The notes beneath the pieces are model-generated. The model had not been told where the DNA came from. It was given only the letters and a program-made list of their open reading frames with translations, and searched no databases. A stretch of DNA of 64,000 bases, taken from Verrucomicrobiota bacterium (GTDB taxonomy: Bacteria; Verrucomicrobiota; Verrucomicrobiia; Limisphaerales; CANJSG01). Location of the stretch: contig JBBQXJ010000009.1 in assembly GCA_038209745.1 (NCBI GenBank), forward strand, positions 10,499 through 74,498, in the 5' to 3' direction. A program made the translations under genes and the position numbers. Shown piece by piece: positions 42,701 through 50,924 of the stretch; within the stretch, counting starts at the first letter, position 1, and the number at the start of each line of letters is the position of its first letter.

Positions 42701-43355
42701 ACGAGGGATAGCTCATCTTCAAATAGAGCTCCGCCTCACGGGCCCCGCGGAACTCCTCGAAGAACGCCCGGATGAGAACGTCGAGCCGGCGACGCGGGAG
42801 AAAGAGGGAGATGTGCAGGAAACGGAACGCCTGGCCCTCGCGGGGCATGGTTTCCGCCAAGGGACCGAGCCTCGAGTTGTCGATCCATTCGTGGGCCCAG
42901 TTGAAGAAGTGGATGCGCTCCGGATCCAGGCCGCCCCGGATCCAAGCGGTCTTCTCCGTCTGGTTCGCCACCCAGACCTGGTCCATCTCGTTGCCGATGA
43001 AAATCAGCCTCGACGGAGGCGTGGCCGCATCGGCGCTGCTGTCGAACGTGGTCAACAGGATCCGCCGGCTCGGCTCGGGCAGCGGCAGCTTCGGCCACAA
43101 ATAGGTGGGAACATAGGCGAAGATCGCCGTCACCGGTCCGACCACCGGCGTGAACTTGAGCGACTGCAGCAGGTGGAGATCGACGTCGTCCAGGTCGCCC
43201 GATGCCTTGGGGTCGTTGCAGTCCACCGGCACGATCCGGACATTGACCCCGGCGAGGTGCAGTCCCATCGCGGTGCCCCGGGCCAGAACCCCGAAACCCG
43301 AGCGCGCGAAGAACGGACCGTAGACGATGACGGTTCCAGGAAATGGGGGATTCAT
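36726..43355 (-). CDS. Giant multidomain glycosyltransferase: four GT-B (GT4-like) modules, TPR, GT2 and TPRs
   Basis: 2209-aa open frame; modules begin GPFFARSGFG, LNIHWGG, APFYNRSGYG, VSWEGSYLD; EGFGLPVLEAMACG; GT2 CLIAKNEE..DTGSTD..DFSAARN..LDADE; helical Ala/Leu-rich C-terminus. Confidence 0.9.
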   Translation of the reverse strand: MNPPFPGTVIVYGPFFARSGFGVLARGTAMGLHLAGVNVRIVPVDCNDPKASGDLDDVDLHLLQSLKFTPVVGPVTAIFAYVPTYLWPKLPLPEPSRRILLTTFDSSADAATPPSRLIFIGNEMDQVWVANQTEKTAWIRGGLDPERIHFFNWAHEWIDNSRLGPLAETMPREGQAFRFLHISLFLPRRRLDVLIRAFFEEFRGAREAELYLKMSYPSWHPVPGKPKKDLEALVERLRRETSSKASVVIDEALGTRKELARLIDQCHAYVSPDTTHTAPVTEAMVRNLPVIITDGWGVDLPPQAVVVPNGSGRVAITAEMAEYMPHQKGATFATLEVPEMRRALRRVFALGPEERKQMVGGAMDYMRERYSYEATAPAMIDLIRKAQAETRRPVVEVVAGGSLEPASPEKALNIHWGGLQLFHGKIPKWNREVGLELVRRGHHVSLTPGNGPFHIEELDLAASPGFRTLASRFHQPLPGGMDVNVSCRWHPVFNELAAKRQILGSSWWSGPIPTDWVRPINEGVDRVWVPSGFVRDQFLAGGVDAARLAVVPMGVDPKVFHPEAAPFPLKTGKRFKFLFVGETSRRRGFDVLLAAYLRVFKDRDDVCLVVKDMDCGDYYARLHLEKMIGECIANPRCPQIEYIPRMLSEQELAGLYVACDCLVLPHRTASFNLAALEAMACGRPVITTDFGGVREFVSAENAYLVPAKIVSQKQAVVGHWRVTGERVHAEVDQKALEERLRHVVQNGDEAADLGRRAGVAIRRDRAWSGVADRVVEQMRTTLAAPSLRTPTAQTAVGASMNLAKADGPTVVMFAPFYNRSGYGVAARCLAAAWSAVGIKLRIMPVDGVEEGVDDCDLEWLRSLEKTPVTQPVVAVFFHVATPEWLKVSLPPNSARILFTTFDGTAQGLKPPPEWVAVCNEMDQLWLQTDKEAERFVAAGVPKAKIQVLKCPHPWIANAALPAPMPRETGAKFRFLCVAMFQPRRRWDALIEAFLAEFKDAPDVELCLKVNYPSWHPVSGQPARDLRNLIESLRAKTGSSTPIILDEDLGTRAGICRVIDSCDAYVSTDTTLTAPVGEAFVRGKIAVIPDGYGAALPYCESTVVIPVDPVLKRPMTEEMLQYQPHHRGRDLPLLRVEDVRRALRAAYELPEDRRREMGRAGALFMECIYGPAVVTPPFVRALEKAALAHKGPPVRVSWEGSYLDYGSLSGINRSLTAVLAQRPEIALFRVGSAALQGTPAKDAGLQALSKELRPKAANDVRITVRHQWPPDWSRPKTGALVVIQPWEFGSLPKEWAEASRHVDEFWVPSNHVRRVYVDSGVAPHKVVVVPNAVDVTAYHPGATPLPLATRKKTKLLFVGGTIGRKGPDVLLKGYLRAFTAADDVCLVIKDFGGASVYQGMTFSHEIEAARQQPDAPEILYLDQEMAPEDMPGLYAACDCLVHPYRGEGFGLPVLEAMACGLPVVVTRGGATDDFVTEECGWLLRAQKRMLGDAVGKMPLVGNGWWLEPDVDDLVRILKTVVARPDEARARGIAGAAVARKKYSWEQMAGRVVDRIRVLAARPLPKTGPEKRLVLSKAAWVGHIGDARDAIRSKKLRKAWELVSAAIAARPFHPEGWLLLGQIADEAGDVGLARRCAARGVTLVPDWKPVQQFAQSLEKRSGKQTLDWPLPVVSDKPRLTVCLIAKNEERFLGQCLASVKDLADEIVVVDTGSTDRTVEIARSFGAKLGYFEWSHDFSAARNAALELATGDWILVLDADEELMPEHKATIHAEMAEAGTMAWRLPLINVGKEADGVSHVPRLFRNAPALFYVGRVHEQVFTSIEVRRAEWGLDNKLGKTRLLHHGYTEELTRDRNKVERNLRLLEEAMKEIPGDANLTFNHGLELVRSGKLEAGLVRYSEAAELLGAQAPDQIVPELREVILTQWLAILKDAGRFEDLLAIRHQPLMAKGPLSPSMHYMLGFAALRTGDLELSVRELEACLAARDVPGLTPMHRDLQTCAPEHCLALARVAAKQPAAARDAFALALQRSPGAKPVTMDFARFEAGEGDYGRALTLIYEVVQTSPDDVAAWRLGAAIALNRPEVLEVALDWTGSAREQHPDDEELKARRAEALLLAGRPAEALPLFAALGTETSASNRAAWLVCRWVAVDGFRPSPADVADLNQAFLQWYRRLVDWNSAEVVQSLNARMDDIARVLPGAASFLQSVLADLGA

Positions 43356-43373
43356 TGGGGAATCAGCGTGGTT

Positions 43374-44597
43374 TCAATCTAGCTTGTAAAGCGTCACCAC
43401 GGCGTTCGGCAGCCGGAGGCTCCCGGTGATCGCCTGGTGGATCGCCTTCTGCGCGGGTCGTGAGGAGATGAGAATGGTTCCTTCCATGCCGGCCACGTCG
43501 GCCGGTTTGATGATCGGGAGATCGCGCAAGGTCTTGCCCTGGTAGCGCGGGTTGGAGTCCACCACGGCCACAAGCTTCCCTTCGGCCAAGCGACTCGTCG
43601 CCAGCAGCCGCAAAGTATGGCTGCCCGCGCCCCAGACGATGACCGGGCGACCGCTCTCGACCAGTGCGTCGATCGCCGGTTGGACCGCGTCGTTGTCGCG
43701 GCGGGAGTTGGCGACGTAGCGGGCCAGTCCGTCGGCGGTATCGGTGTCCTTCTCCCAGGGCAGCGCCGCGCCGCCCGCCACCAGCTCGAAGGCACCATGC
43801 AGCACCGGCGTGACCGTGTTGGCGCTGCAACGCTGCATCCCCTGTTCCGTGAACAGGGTCCTGAAGCCGAAGCGCGCCATCAGGTTCGAGATCGTTCTGG
43901 GTCCGAAATAGTTGATGTGCTCCATGCTGAACTCCTGGAACGGAGCGTCGTCGCCGGTGTCATACCGGCTCGCATCGGGCACGGTGACGAAGATCCGGCC
44001 CCCGGGCCGAAGCATGGACGTCATCTTCTCCAAGGCCGCCGACAGGTCGCGGATGTGCTCCATCACGCCGATCAAGATCAACAGGTCCACGGGTCCGACA
44101 TCGGACAGGTCGTCGGAGATTGCCCCGGTCTTCACCGGGACTCCGTAGGCCTCACCGGCGATCCGGGAACAGACGGGCGAAGGATCCAATCCCATGACCC
44201 CGCCGAAACCGGCCTGCTTCAGCTGCGAGAGCAGGAGACCCGTCGCGCAACCGACCTCGAAGATCTTCGTGTTCGAGTCGGGCATGAACCGTTTGATCTG
44301 CTCCACCGTGAGGCGGAAGCGGGCCAGGTCGAACTCCGACGGCCCCGCCACCGCACCGGGCTCGGAGGGCATCTCATACTTCGACATGTCGCGGTAGTAG
44401 CGGTCGAAGACTTCCTGCGACGGCAGCCGGTCGGCATAGCAATGCCCGCAGTCCGCGCAGGCCACGACGTCGTAGCCGCCGAACAGGCTGCCTTCGGACA
44501 TCATCGCGAAACGCTGGGGAAAGAGGAGGCGGGTTCCGGTGCCGCGGCAGACATCGCAACCGCGCGGAGGAAGGTTCAGTTCGGGGATCGGTTTCAT
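43374..44597 (-). CDS. Class I SAM methyltransferase with Zn-binding N-terminus (NDP-sugar C-methyltransferase-like architecture)
   Basis: CDVC...CADCGH, FEVGCATG, EHI, C-terminal WGAG...VVDSNPRYQG. Confidence 0.8.
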   Translation of the reverse strand: MKPIPELNLPPRGCDVCRGTGTRLLFPQRFAMMSEGSLFGGYDVVACADCGHCYADRLPSQEVFDRYYRDMSKYEMPSEPGAVAGPSEFDLARFRLTVEQIKRFMPDSNTKIFEVGCATGLLLSQLKQAGFGGVMGLDPSPVCSRIAGEAYGVPVKTGAISDDLSDVGPVDLLILIGVMEHIRDLSAALEKMTSMLRPGGRIFVTVPDASRYDTGDDAPFQEFSMEHINYFGPRTISNLMARFGFRTLFTEQGMQRCSANTVTPVLHGAFELVAGGAALPWEKDTDTADGLARYVANSRRDNDAVQPAIDALVESGRPVIVWGAGSHTLRLLATSRLAEGKLVAVVDSNPRYQGKTLRDLPIIKPADVAGMEGTILISSRPAQKAIHQAITGSLRLPNAVVTLYKLD

Positions 44598-44610
44598 CAC
44601 GGTCTTCGGT

Positions 44611-45795
44611 TCAACGGGGGTCGCGGGCGGCGGGCACCGCATAGCAGACGGTGTCCCAGCACTCCTCGTTGTGGGGGCGCAGATACAGCCGGTAGTCGGC
44701 GCGAAGTTCCCGGAGCTGCTCGGGGATCCGCCAGAGGTGGTCCTGCTTGTGATAGGCGCTGATCGCCAGCACCGGGGCGTGTTCACGGATCGTCGCCGCC
44801 ACGCCCCTGAGCGCGTCCGGTTCGGCCCCCTCGATGTCCATCTTCAGATAGGTCGGCGTCGTCCCCACCAGCAACTCGTCCAGTCGGACGCATTGGATCT
44901 CAAGCGAACCCTCGGGATTCGCGGCGGAGGAAAGGCTGCCGTCGCCGTCGAAACGCAGCGGGCCGTCGAAGTCGGCGGCGCCGAGTTTCTCCAGCCGGAT
45001 CTTGCCGCGCACTTCCGGGGCGTAGGCCGCCACCCGGTCGGCCATCTTGGCGAAATTGATCGGATCGGGTTCCAGCGCGACGATCTGCCGGAAGCAGGCT
45101 CCTTGGCGCTTCACGAAGGCGTCGATGCTGTCGCCGTCGAACGCGCCGCAGTCCACGAAGGTTTCGGCGTCCGCCAGACTGAAAAGATCGTCCGGGAAAT
45201 ACTGCTCCTCGGCCACGGGCGACGGCAATCCGCCGAAATCCGCCTGCAACCGCCATCGGATCTGGGCCACGTATTCCTGGCGGGACCGCTCGTCCGCGAG
45301 ATCATGAAAGGTTCCGAGAACCGCGTCCCGTTGTGCGAGAACATGCTGGGGCAGTCCGAGACAGTAGTAGTCGAGGAAGACAGAGGGATGCTTCCAGAAG
45401 AGCACGACCGCCGGGACGACCCGGACACAGCCAAGCCCCTTGAGCTGGGCCTCGGTCCGATCAAAACGATGGGTTCCGCCGGCTCGCCATATGGTCACTA
45501 CAAAGACCGCGTCATGACCGTGTCGCTTGGCGGCTTCGTCGGGTGAAAGCACTTCGACGCCGTCGATGCGAGAGCCCCATGCCGCCCGGTTGTTGTCGGC
45601 GAACGCCACCGGCTCCACGCCCAAGCTGCGGAGGCCCTTGACGGTGCGTCGTCCCAGCCCCCCGCCGCCAAACAGCACGATCGCCCGCGAGGCGCCTCCG
45701 GCGACCCGATCAAAGGCGGACGCCGCCCGGACGGCGGCGGCATCGACGGATTCGGCCAGCAACGCGGAGAGTTCCCGTTCCAAGGACGCGCTCAT
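44611..45795 (-). CDS. FkbM-family methyltransferase
   Basis: FVDCGAFDGDS, LEPDP.N, LKMDIEGAE, AISAYH. Confidence 0.9.
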   Translation of the reverse strand: MSASLERELSALLAESVDAAAVRAASAFDRVAGGASRAIVLFGGGGLGRRTVKGLRSLGVEPVAFADNNRAAWGSRIDGVEVLSPDEAAKRHGHDAVFVVTIWRAGGTHRFDRTEAQLKGLGCVRVVPAVVLFWKHPSVFLDYYCLGLPQHVLAQRDAVLGTFHDLADERSRQEYVAQIRWRLQADFGGLPSPVAEEQYFPDDLFSLADAETFVDCGAFDGDSIDAFVKRQGACFRQIVALEPDPINFAKMADRVAAYAPEVRGKIRLEKLGAADFDGPLRFDGDGSLSSAANPEGSLEIQCVRLDELLVGTTPTYLKMDIEGAEPDALRGVAATIREHAPVLAISAYHKQDHLWRIPEQLRELRADYRLYLRPHNEECWDTVCYAVPAARDPR

Positions 45796-47612
45796 TTCGC
45801 CGCCCCTTCTTCATCGAGGATCGGCACGATCATGTTCTGGCGGAATTCGTCCCGCTCAAGGAACGGCCACAGATCCTCCATCGGCTTCGAATACATTGAA
45901 CCGTCTTTCCGTTGGCCCGAGGAGACCCTCGGCGACGTGGCCTGAGACGGGGTGATTTTCACGACGCAGACGACCGGGCGATCATGGGACAGGACGGCGC
46001 GGAGGCCGGCTTCCAGTTCGTCGTGGTTATGGATCACGCAGGACTCGATGCCGTAGGAACCGGCCACCTTCGTCATGTCCGGCAAGGTCAATCCGCTGGA
46101 CGGTTCGCTGGCGACGTAGCGCCCGTTGAAATAGGCGTTCTGGCTTTGGCGGATGGAGCCGTAGCCGTTGTTGTCCAGGATGAAGAACTTGATGGGGAGA
46201 TTGAGGCGGCGGACGACTTCCAGCTCCTGGATGTTCATGACGAAACCGCCGTCGCCGTCGAGGCAGACGGTCCTGCGCCCACCCGAGGCGACACAGCCGC
46301 CGATGGCGGCCGGGATGCCGAAGCCCATCGGTCCGAGGCCCTCGGAATTGAAGACGCGCTGGCCCGCCTTGCAGCGGAACGCCTGCATCGTCGTCTCGCT
46401 GCAGGCGCCGGAGCTGCCCGGGATCAGGAGATCGTCGGGCTGCATCTGCCTGGAGAGTTCTTCGATCAGGACGTAGTTGCTCACCCCGTCGGTGATGGCG
46501 CGGTATTCGGGCAGGCAGACGGGGTATTTCAGCCGCCAATCATGGGCCTTGGCCAACCAACCGGAATAGTCGGGCAACGGAGCCCCGGCCGTGATCGCCT
46601 CGCGCAGCGCATCCATGAAGGCGCCCGCACCGGAGACGACCGGCACCGCGACCTCCATCTGGAGCTTCCCGATCTCGGCCGCGTCGATGTCCACGACCAC
46701 CTTGTGCGCGCCCCGGGCGAAGTTGGGATGCACATAGGCCGTCTGGCCGAAATCCAACCGCGCACCGATGATGAGGATGAGGTCGGAGTTTTGCTGGGTG
46801 AAGTTGGCGCCCCGTTGGCCCACGCCGCCGGGACGGCCGACGTAGAGCGGATGGTCGTCCGCCACGTAGTCGAGGGCCTTCCAGCTGGTGAGCAGCGGCA
46901 CCTTCAACACTTCGAGCAGGGCTCCGAACGATGCCAAGGCGCGGTCGAGGCGGATGCCGTTCCCCACGAGCAGGGCCGGGCGTTGTGACGACCGCAGGAG
47001 CGCCACCACCTTCGCGGCCGCAGCGCGGACGGCGGCGGAATCCACCGGTGCAGCAACCTCGGCGGGATCGAACGACCGCATGGCGGCTTCATCCACATCA
47101 GCGGCCTGCACATCGAGCGGGATGTCGATCCAGACCGGGCCGGGCCGGCCGTTGCGCGCGAGATACAGCGCCTTCTCCAGATGATAGCGGATGGTGGCCG
47201 GATCCGTGACGATGACGGCGTATTTGGTGATCGGTTCGGCCATGCGGACGATGTCGATCTCCTGGAAACCCATCTGCCGAACGCCGCGTTCGCCCTTCAT
47301 GTCGGCCCGCTTGACCTGGCCGGAAATGAAGAGGCACGGAGTCGAGTCGAGCCACGCCGCCGCGACACCGGTCAGCGCATTGGTGCCGCCGGGGCCCGTG
47401 GTCACGAGCGCGACACCGAGGTTGTTCGTGTATTGGCCGTAGGCATCGGCCGCGATGGCGGCGGCCTGTTCGTGGAGACTGCAGGTGTAGGCGAGGCCGG
47501 GATGGCTCCCGAGAGAGTCGCACAGGTGCATGCAGCCGCCGCCGGGCAGCATGAAGACGTGCTTCACGCCCGTTTGCGCCACCTTGTCCATCACGTAGTC
47601 GGAGAGTTTCAT
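45792..47612 (-). CDS. ThDP-dependent acetolactate-synthase-like enzyme (YerE-like carboligase)
   Basis: MKLSDYV, GGGCMHL.DS, HEQAA, GPGGTN, GDGG...NNGYG ThDP motif; embedded in a sugar operon with no ilvN/ilvC nearby. Confidence 0.85.
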   Translation of the reverse strand: MKLSDYVMDKVAQTGVKHVFMLPGGGCMHLCDSLGSHPGLAYTCSLHEQAAAIAADAYGQYTNNLGVALVTTGPGGTNALTGVAAAWLDSTPCLFISGQVKRADMKGERGVRQMGFQEIDIVRMAEPITKYAVIVTDPATIRYHLEKALYLARNGRPGPVWIDIPLDVQAADVDEAAMRSFDPAEVAAPVDSAAVRAAAAKVVALLRSSQRPALLVGNGIRLDRALASFGALLEVLKVPLLTSWKALDYVADDHPLYVGRPGGVGQRGANFTQQNSDLILIIGARLDFGQTAYVHPNFARGAHKVVVDIDAAEIGKLQMEVAVPVVSGAGAFMDALREAITAGAPLPDYSGWLAKAHDWRLKYPVCLPEYRAITDGVSNYVLIEELSRQMQPDDLLIPGSSGACSETTMQAFRCKAGQRVFNSEGLGPMGFGIPAAIGGCVASGGRRTVCLDGDGGFVMNIQELEVVRRLNLPIKFFILDNNGYGSIRQSQNAYFNGRYVASEPSSGLTLPDMTKVAGSYGIESCVIHNHDELEAGLRAVLSHDRPVVCVVKITPSQATSPRVSSGQRKDGSMYSKPMEDLWPFLERDEFRQNMIVPILDEEGAAK

Positions 47613-48211
47613 TCGGAAGAGTTGCAGGTCAGTTCAGCGAGGATGCCGTCCACCGTGAGGTCGGAGGCGTTCCAGGGTTGGGGAAAAATGTAGGAACGAA
47701 TGCCGAGCGCCCGGGCCTGGGAGACGTTGGCGGCGGAATCGTCGACGAAGAAATCAACCGGGCCGATCCGGGCCAGAACTTCATCCTTGGTCTTGGCGTA
47801 GCCGGGCAACTTCTCACCGTCTCGTGCGCTCGGCACGAAATGGAAGTGCCGGATCCAGCGGCCTAAATGCGTGAAGGCCCACGCCGACGCAGGAGCGACC
47901 GTTCCGACCGGCCGGGCGGTCAGGATGTGGTGCTCGAAGGCGCTCCCCCGCTCGTGGAACCATTCGAGGATCTGAGCGTTCGGAGCCATCGCCGCAGCAG
48001 CCCCGGACGAGCGGAAGCGGTCGAGGGATTCCAGATAGTCACCGAGCGTGCAACCAAGCACCTCGGCCGGGGGATTCACGACCAGCTCGCCATACGCAGT
48101 CGTGCAGTCGGGACGCTCCACCTTCCAGCCCTGTTCCAGCCAGGCTTCCATCAGCGGGTTCAGGACATCGTCGAGATCCCAGACGATCGTCTTTTTGGCG
48201 GGTGCGGGCAT
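47609..48211 (-). CDS. HAD-superfamily phosphatase (5'(3')-nucleotidase-like)
   Basis: WDLDDVL (motif I), LTAR, K, FVDD, PWN. Confidence 0.8.
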   Translation of the reverse strand: MPAPAKKTIVWDLDDVLNPLMEAWLEQGWKVERPDCTTAYGELVVNPPAEVLGCTLGDYLESLDRFRSSGAAAAMAPNAQILEWFHERGSAFEHHILTARPVGTVAPASAWAFTHLGRWIRHFHFVPSARDGEKLPGYAKTKDEVLARIGPVDFFVDDSAANVSQARALGIRSYIFPQPWNASDLTVDGILAELTCNSSE

Positions 48212-48220
48212 CGTTCGACC

Positions 48221-49729
48221 TCAGTCCATCCAGTAGGTCAGGAGGGTCTTGCGGGCGGCGTTCTTGGTGATCGACTCGTCCGAGTAGTAGGAGTCGTTCT
48301 TGAAATGCGTCGAGGATATCTCCTCGAAGATGACGCCGTGCTTGGTGGCCATGTGGTGCTTCACGGTGCGGTTCACCAGGATCAAGTCGCCGGACTTGTA
48401 GCTCTTCTCCTCCCCGTCGAGGGAGATCGTGATGTCGCCGTAGACGACGTAGAAGGTCTCTTCTTTCTGGCAGTGGGCGTGTTCCGGATGGCGCTGGCCG
48501 GGGAGCATGACGAGGACCTTCTTGCAGTATTCCCGGTTGATGAAGTTCAGGAGCACCGCGCCGTTCTCGTAGAACTTCTCGATCCCGTAGTGGTGGGAGA
48601 TCTCCAGATCGCTGCGCGACGAAGGCAGGGTGATCTTGCTCTTCTTCAAGAGCTTCTTCACGTCGGTCAGGATGGAGCGAACGCGCGACTGGTGGTCCAC
48701 CTGGTCGATGGCCGCCTCCTTGACGGCGCCGTTGGGCGCGATGTCCTCCTTCGCGGTGACCACGCGGTATTTGGAAAGGTGCTTCGCGAGGAGCTGGCCT
48801 CCTTCGCACGGCATGGCGAGGAAGGTGTTTTCATCCGTGATCCGTTCGCCGGCCTTGATCTTTCCCTTGGCGAAGACTCCGCGGCTCAACGCCTCCAACT
48901 GGGCGATCTCCGCCGGGGTTCCCGCCATGCGGTCGTCGGTCACGCCACACAGCTCGAAGCCTTTCCGGGCCTTCTCCAACCAGCGCCGCAGCTGCTCGGG
49001 GGTCGAGCTGTAGGCGTTGGCCGGATACGTGTCGGTGACCACCGCGACGTGCCGTTCGAAGACGGTCGCGCCCTTGCCGATGGCGGCCAGGACCACTTCG
49101 TTGTCGTCCGGATTCTCATGGGTCGAGAAGCCGACGCGATGGGTCGGATAGCGCAGCCGCATGAGCTCGATCTGGCCGAGCTGGAGGTCCCTTGTATCGG
49201 TCGGATACTGCGCCACGCAGTGCATCAGGGTGAGGTTCTTCTCGCGGTGCTCGAAGAAGCTGACCACGCGGTCGATCTCTTCCCAGGAGGCGCCTCCGGC
49301 GGAAGCGGTGATCGGGAGGCCCGCCTTCGAGATGCGTTCGAGCAACGGCCAGTCCATGAAGGAGCAGCTGCCGATCTTGAGGAAGTCGTAGCCGTGCTTC
49401 TCGATCGCGGCGACGGAGCGTTCGTCGAACGGGGTGCACATGGTCTTGAAGCCGCACGTCACCATCTCGGCCTTGAGCGCGAGGAACTCCTCCTCCGTCA
49501 GCCGCGTCTCGGAGAAGCGTTTGACGAACTTCACGTCCATCCGCTTCTGGAAGTCGGGATGGATGAAGGTGTCGAGGTGGCGGTATTGGAGCTTGAAGGC
49601 GAAGTCGAAGTCGAAGCCCTTAACGGCGTCGGCGAACTCGCGGATGATCCGCTTGCCGTGTTCCACGTCGCCCATGTGGTTGTTCGCCATTTCGAGGATG
49701 AACAGGGGCCGGCCCCATTGGTTGTTCAT
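48221..49729 (-). CDS. NeuB-like PEP-dependent ulosonic acid synthase fused to SAF and a C-terminal cupin (sugar-isomerase-like)
   Basis: EMANNHMGD, KLQ, TPFD, KIGS, MHCVAQYPT, GFSTH, ERH; C-terminal YCKKVLVMLPGQRHPEHAHCQKEETF. Confidence 0.88.
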   Translation of the reverse strand: MNNQWGRPLFILEMANNHMGDVEHGKRIIREFADAVKGFDFDFAFKLQYRHLDTFIHPDFQKRMDVKFVKRFSETRLTEEEFLALKAEMVTCGFKTMCTPFDERSVAAIEKHGYDFLKIGSCSFMDWPLLERISKAGLPITASAGGASWEEIDRVVSFFEHREKNLTLMHCVAQYPTDTRDLQLGQIELMRLRYPTHRVGFSTHENPDDNEVVLAAIGKGATVFERHVAVVTDTYPANAYSSTPEQLRRWLEKARKGFELCGVTDDRMAGTPAEIAQLEALSRGVFAKGKIKAGERITDENTFLAMPCEGGQLLAKHLSKYRVVTAKEDIAPNGAVKEAAIDQVDHQSRVRSILTDVKKLLKKSKITLPSSRSDLEISHHYGIEKFYENGAVLLNFINREYCKKVLVMLPGQRHPEHAHCQKEETFYVVYGDITISLDGEEKSYKSGDLILVNRTVKHHMATKHGVIFEEISSTHFKNDSYYSDESITKNAARKTLLTYWMD

Positions 49730-50871
49730 AGGAGTGTCCTTGGGTTGAGTTGATGAAAACGGAGGGTTTTTGAGATCGCCGCGTCGAGAGACGTCCAGAC
49801 ATCGAGTCCGAGCTCCCGGCGGGCGCGTGAAATGTCCGGCACGTAGCGCGCACCGGGACGTTGGGAATCGGCCGGATCGGCGATCTGCACCGCCGATCCG
49901 ACCGGGCTGTGGCGTGAAACACGTTCCGCAACTTCGGCGATGGTCAACGCCTCGTCGGAGCCGACGTTGTAGGTGCCCTTCGCATCCGGATGAAGCAGGA
50001 GGGTCCAGAGCCAGACGGCGAGATCGGCGGCATACAGATACGAGCGCCACGGGGTGCCGTCGCCATGGACCTGGAGGGTCCGGCCGGCAAGCGCGTCGCG
50101 GAGGAAATTGCCGATGGCGTAGTGCGCGTCCAACGCGAGATGCGGACCGACGAACGCGAAGCACCGGGCGATGCGGCAGTCGAGCGTGCCGGCCTGGGTG
50201 CGGGCGTTGCAGAGGAGCTCGGCCACGCGTTTGCCTTCGCCATAGGCGGACATCGGCACGCGGACGTCGGGCGCGCCGCAGTAGGATTCGGGAACCCGTT
50301 CCAGATCGACCGGCTGCGTCCCGTAGACCGCGCCGGAACTGGTGAGGAGAAAGCGTTCGGCCCCGACGGATTCGGCCAGGTCGAGCAGGCTCCGCGTCCC
50401 CTCGTAGGCGGTTTCCAAAACGGCCAGCGGATGATCGCGATTGGCGACAACGGTGGTCTCGGAAGCGGCGTGGATGAAATGGGAGATCCGGCGGGGAGCA
50501 GCGGAACCGAGCCGGGACTGGAGATCGCCCGAACGGAACGTCCGGACGTCACCGGCCACGAGGTCGACCGAACGGGCCTCGGCCAGAGCGGGAAACGCGG
50601 AGCGGAATCGTTCTGGATTTCGGGAAAGGACGATGAGGCGGGCCTCGAGGCCGAGCCGGCGATCCGCTTCGACAAAGCTCTCCAGCAGCCAGCGCCCAAA
50701 GAAACCCGTGCCCCCCGACACGAAAACCGTGCCGCCGCGAAAACTCTCCCAGAGCGACTCGGTGCGGGACACGATCTGCTCAAGGTCCCCGGCCAATGAT
50801 GCCCGTCTCCCGTCGCGTGCAGGGCCGTCGGTGGCCGGAGGGATGGTTGATGTCTGTTGTGACGAGTCCAT
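49726..50871 (-). CDS. NAD-dependent epimerase/dehydratase (extended SDR)
   Basis: SGGTGFFG, HAAS, TSSGAVYG, YGEGK (YxxxK), RCFAFVGP, GDGTPWRSYLY. Confidence 0.9.
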   Translation of the reverse strand: MDSSQQTSTIPPATDGPARDGRRASLAGDLEQIVSRTESLWESFRGGTVFVSGGTGFFGRWLLESFVEADRRLGLEARLIVLSRNPERFRSAFPALAEARSVDLVAGDVRTFRSGDLQSRLGSAAPRRISHFIHAASETTVVANRDHPLAVLETAYEGTRSLLDLAESVGAERFLLTSSGAVYGTQPVDLERVPESYCGAPDVRVPMSAYGEGKRVAELLCNARTQAGTLDCRIARCFAFVGPHLALDAHYAIGNFLRDALAGRTLQVHGDGTPWRSYLYAADLAVWLWTLLLHPDAKGTYNVGSDEALTIAEVAERVSRHSPVGSAVQIADPADSQRPGARYVPDISRARRELGLDVWTSLDAAISKTLRFHQLNPRTLL

Positions 50872-50924
50872 GTCGTATCCCCGATCCGTGGGAAGCGGCC
50901 GGCAAGGTCGCCGGATTGATCCGA

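Noticed and set aside
45792..47612. Anabolic acetolactate synthase (ilvB)
   Set aside because: No ilvN/ilvC/ilvD nearby; translationally coupled within a sugar-modification operon
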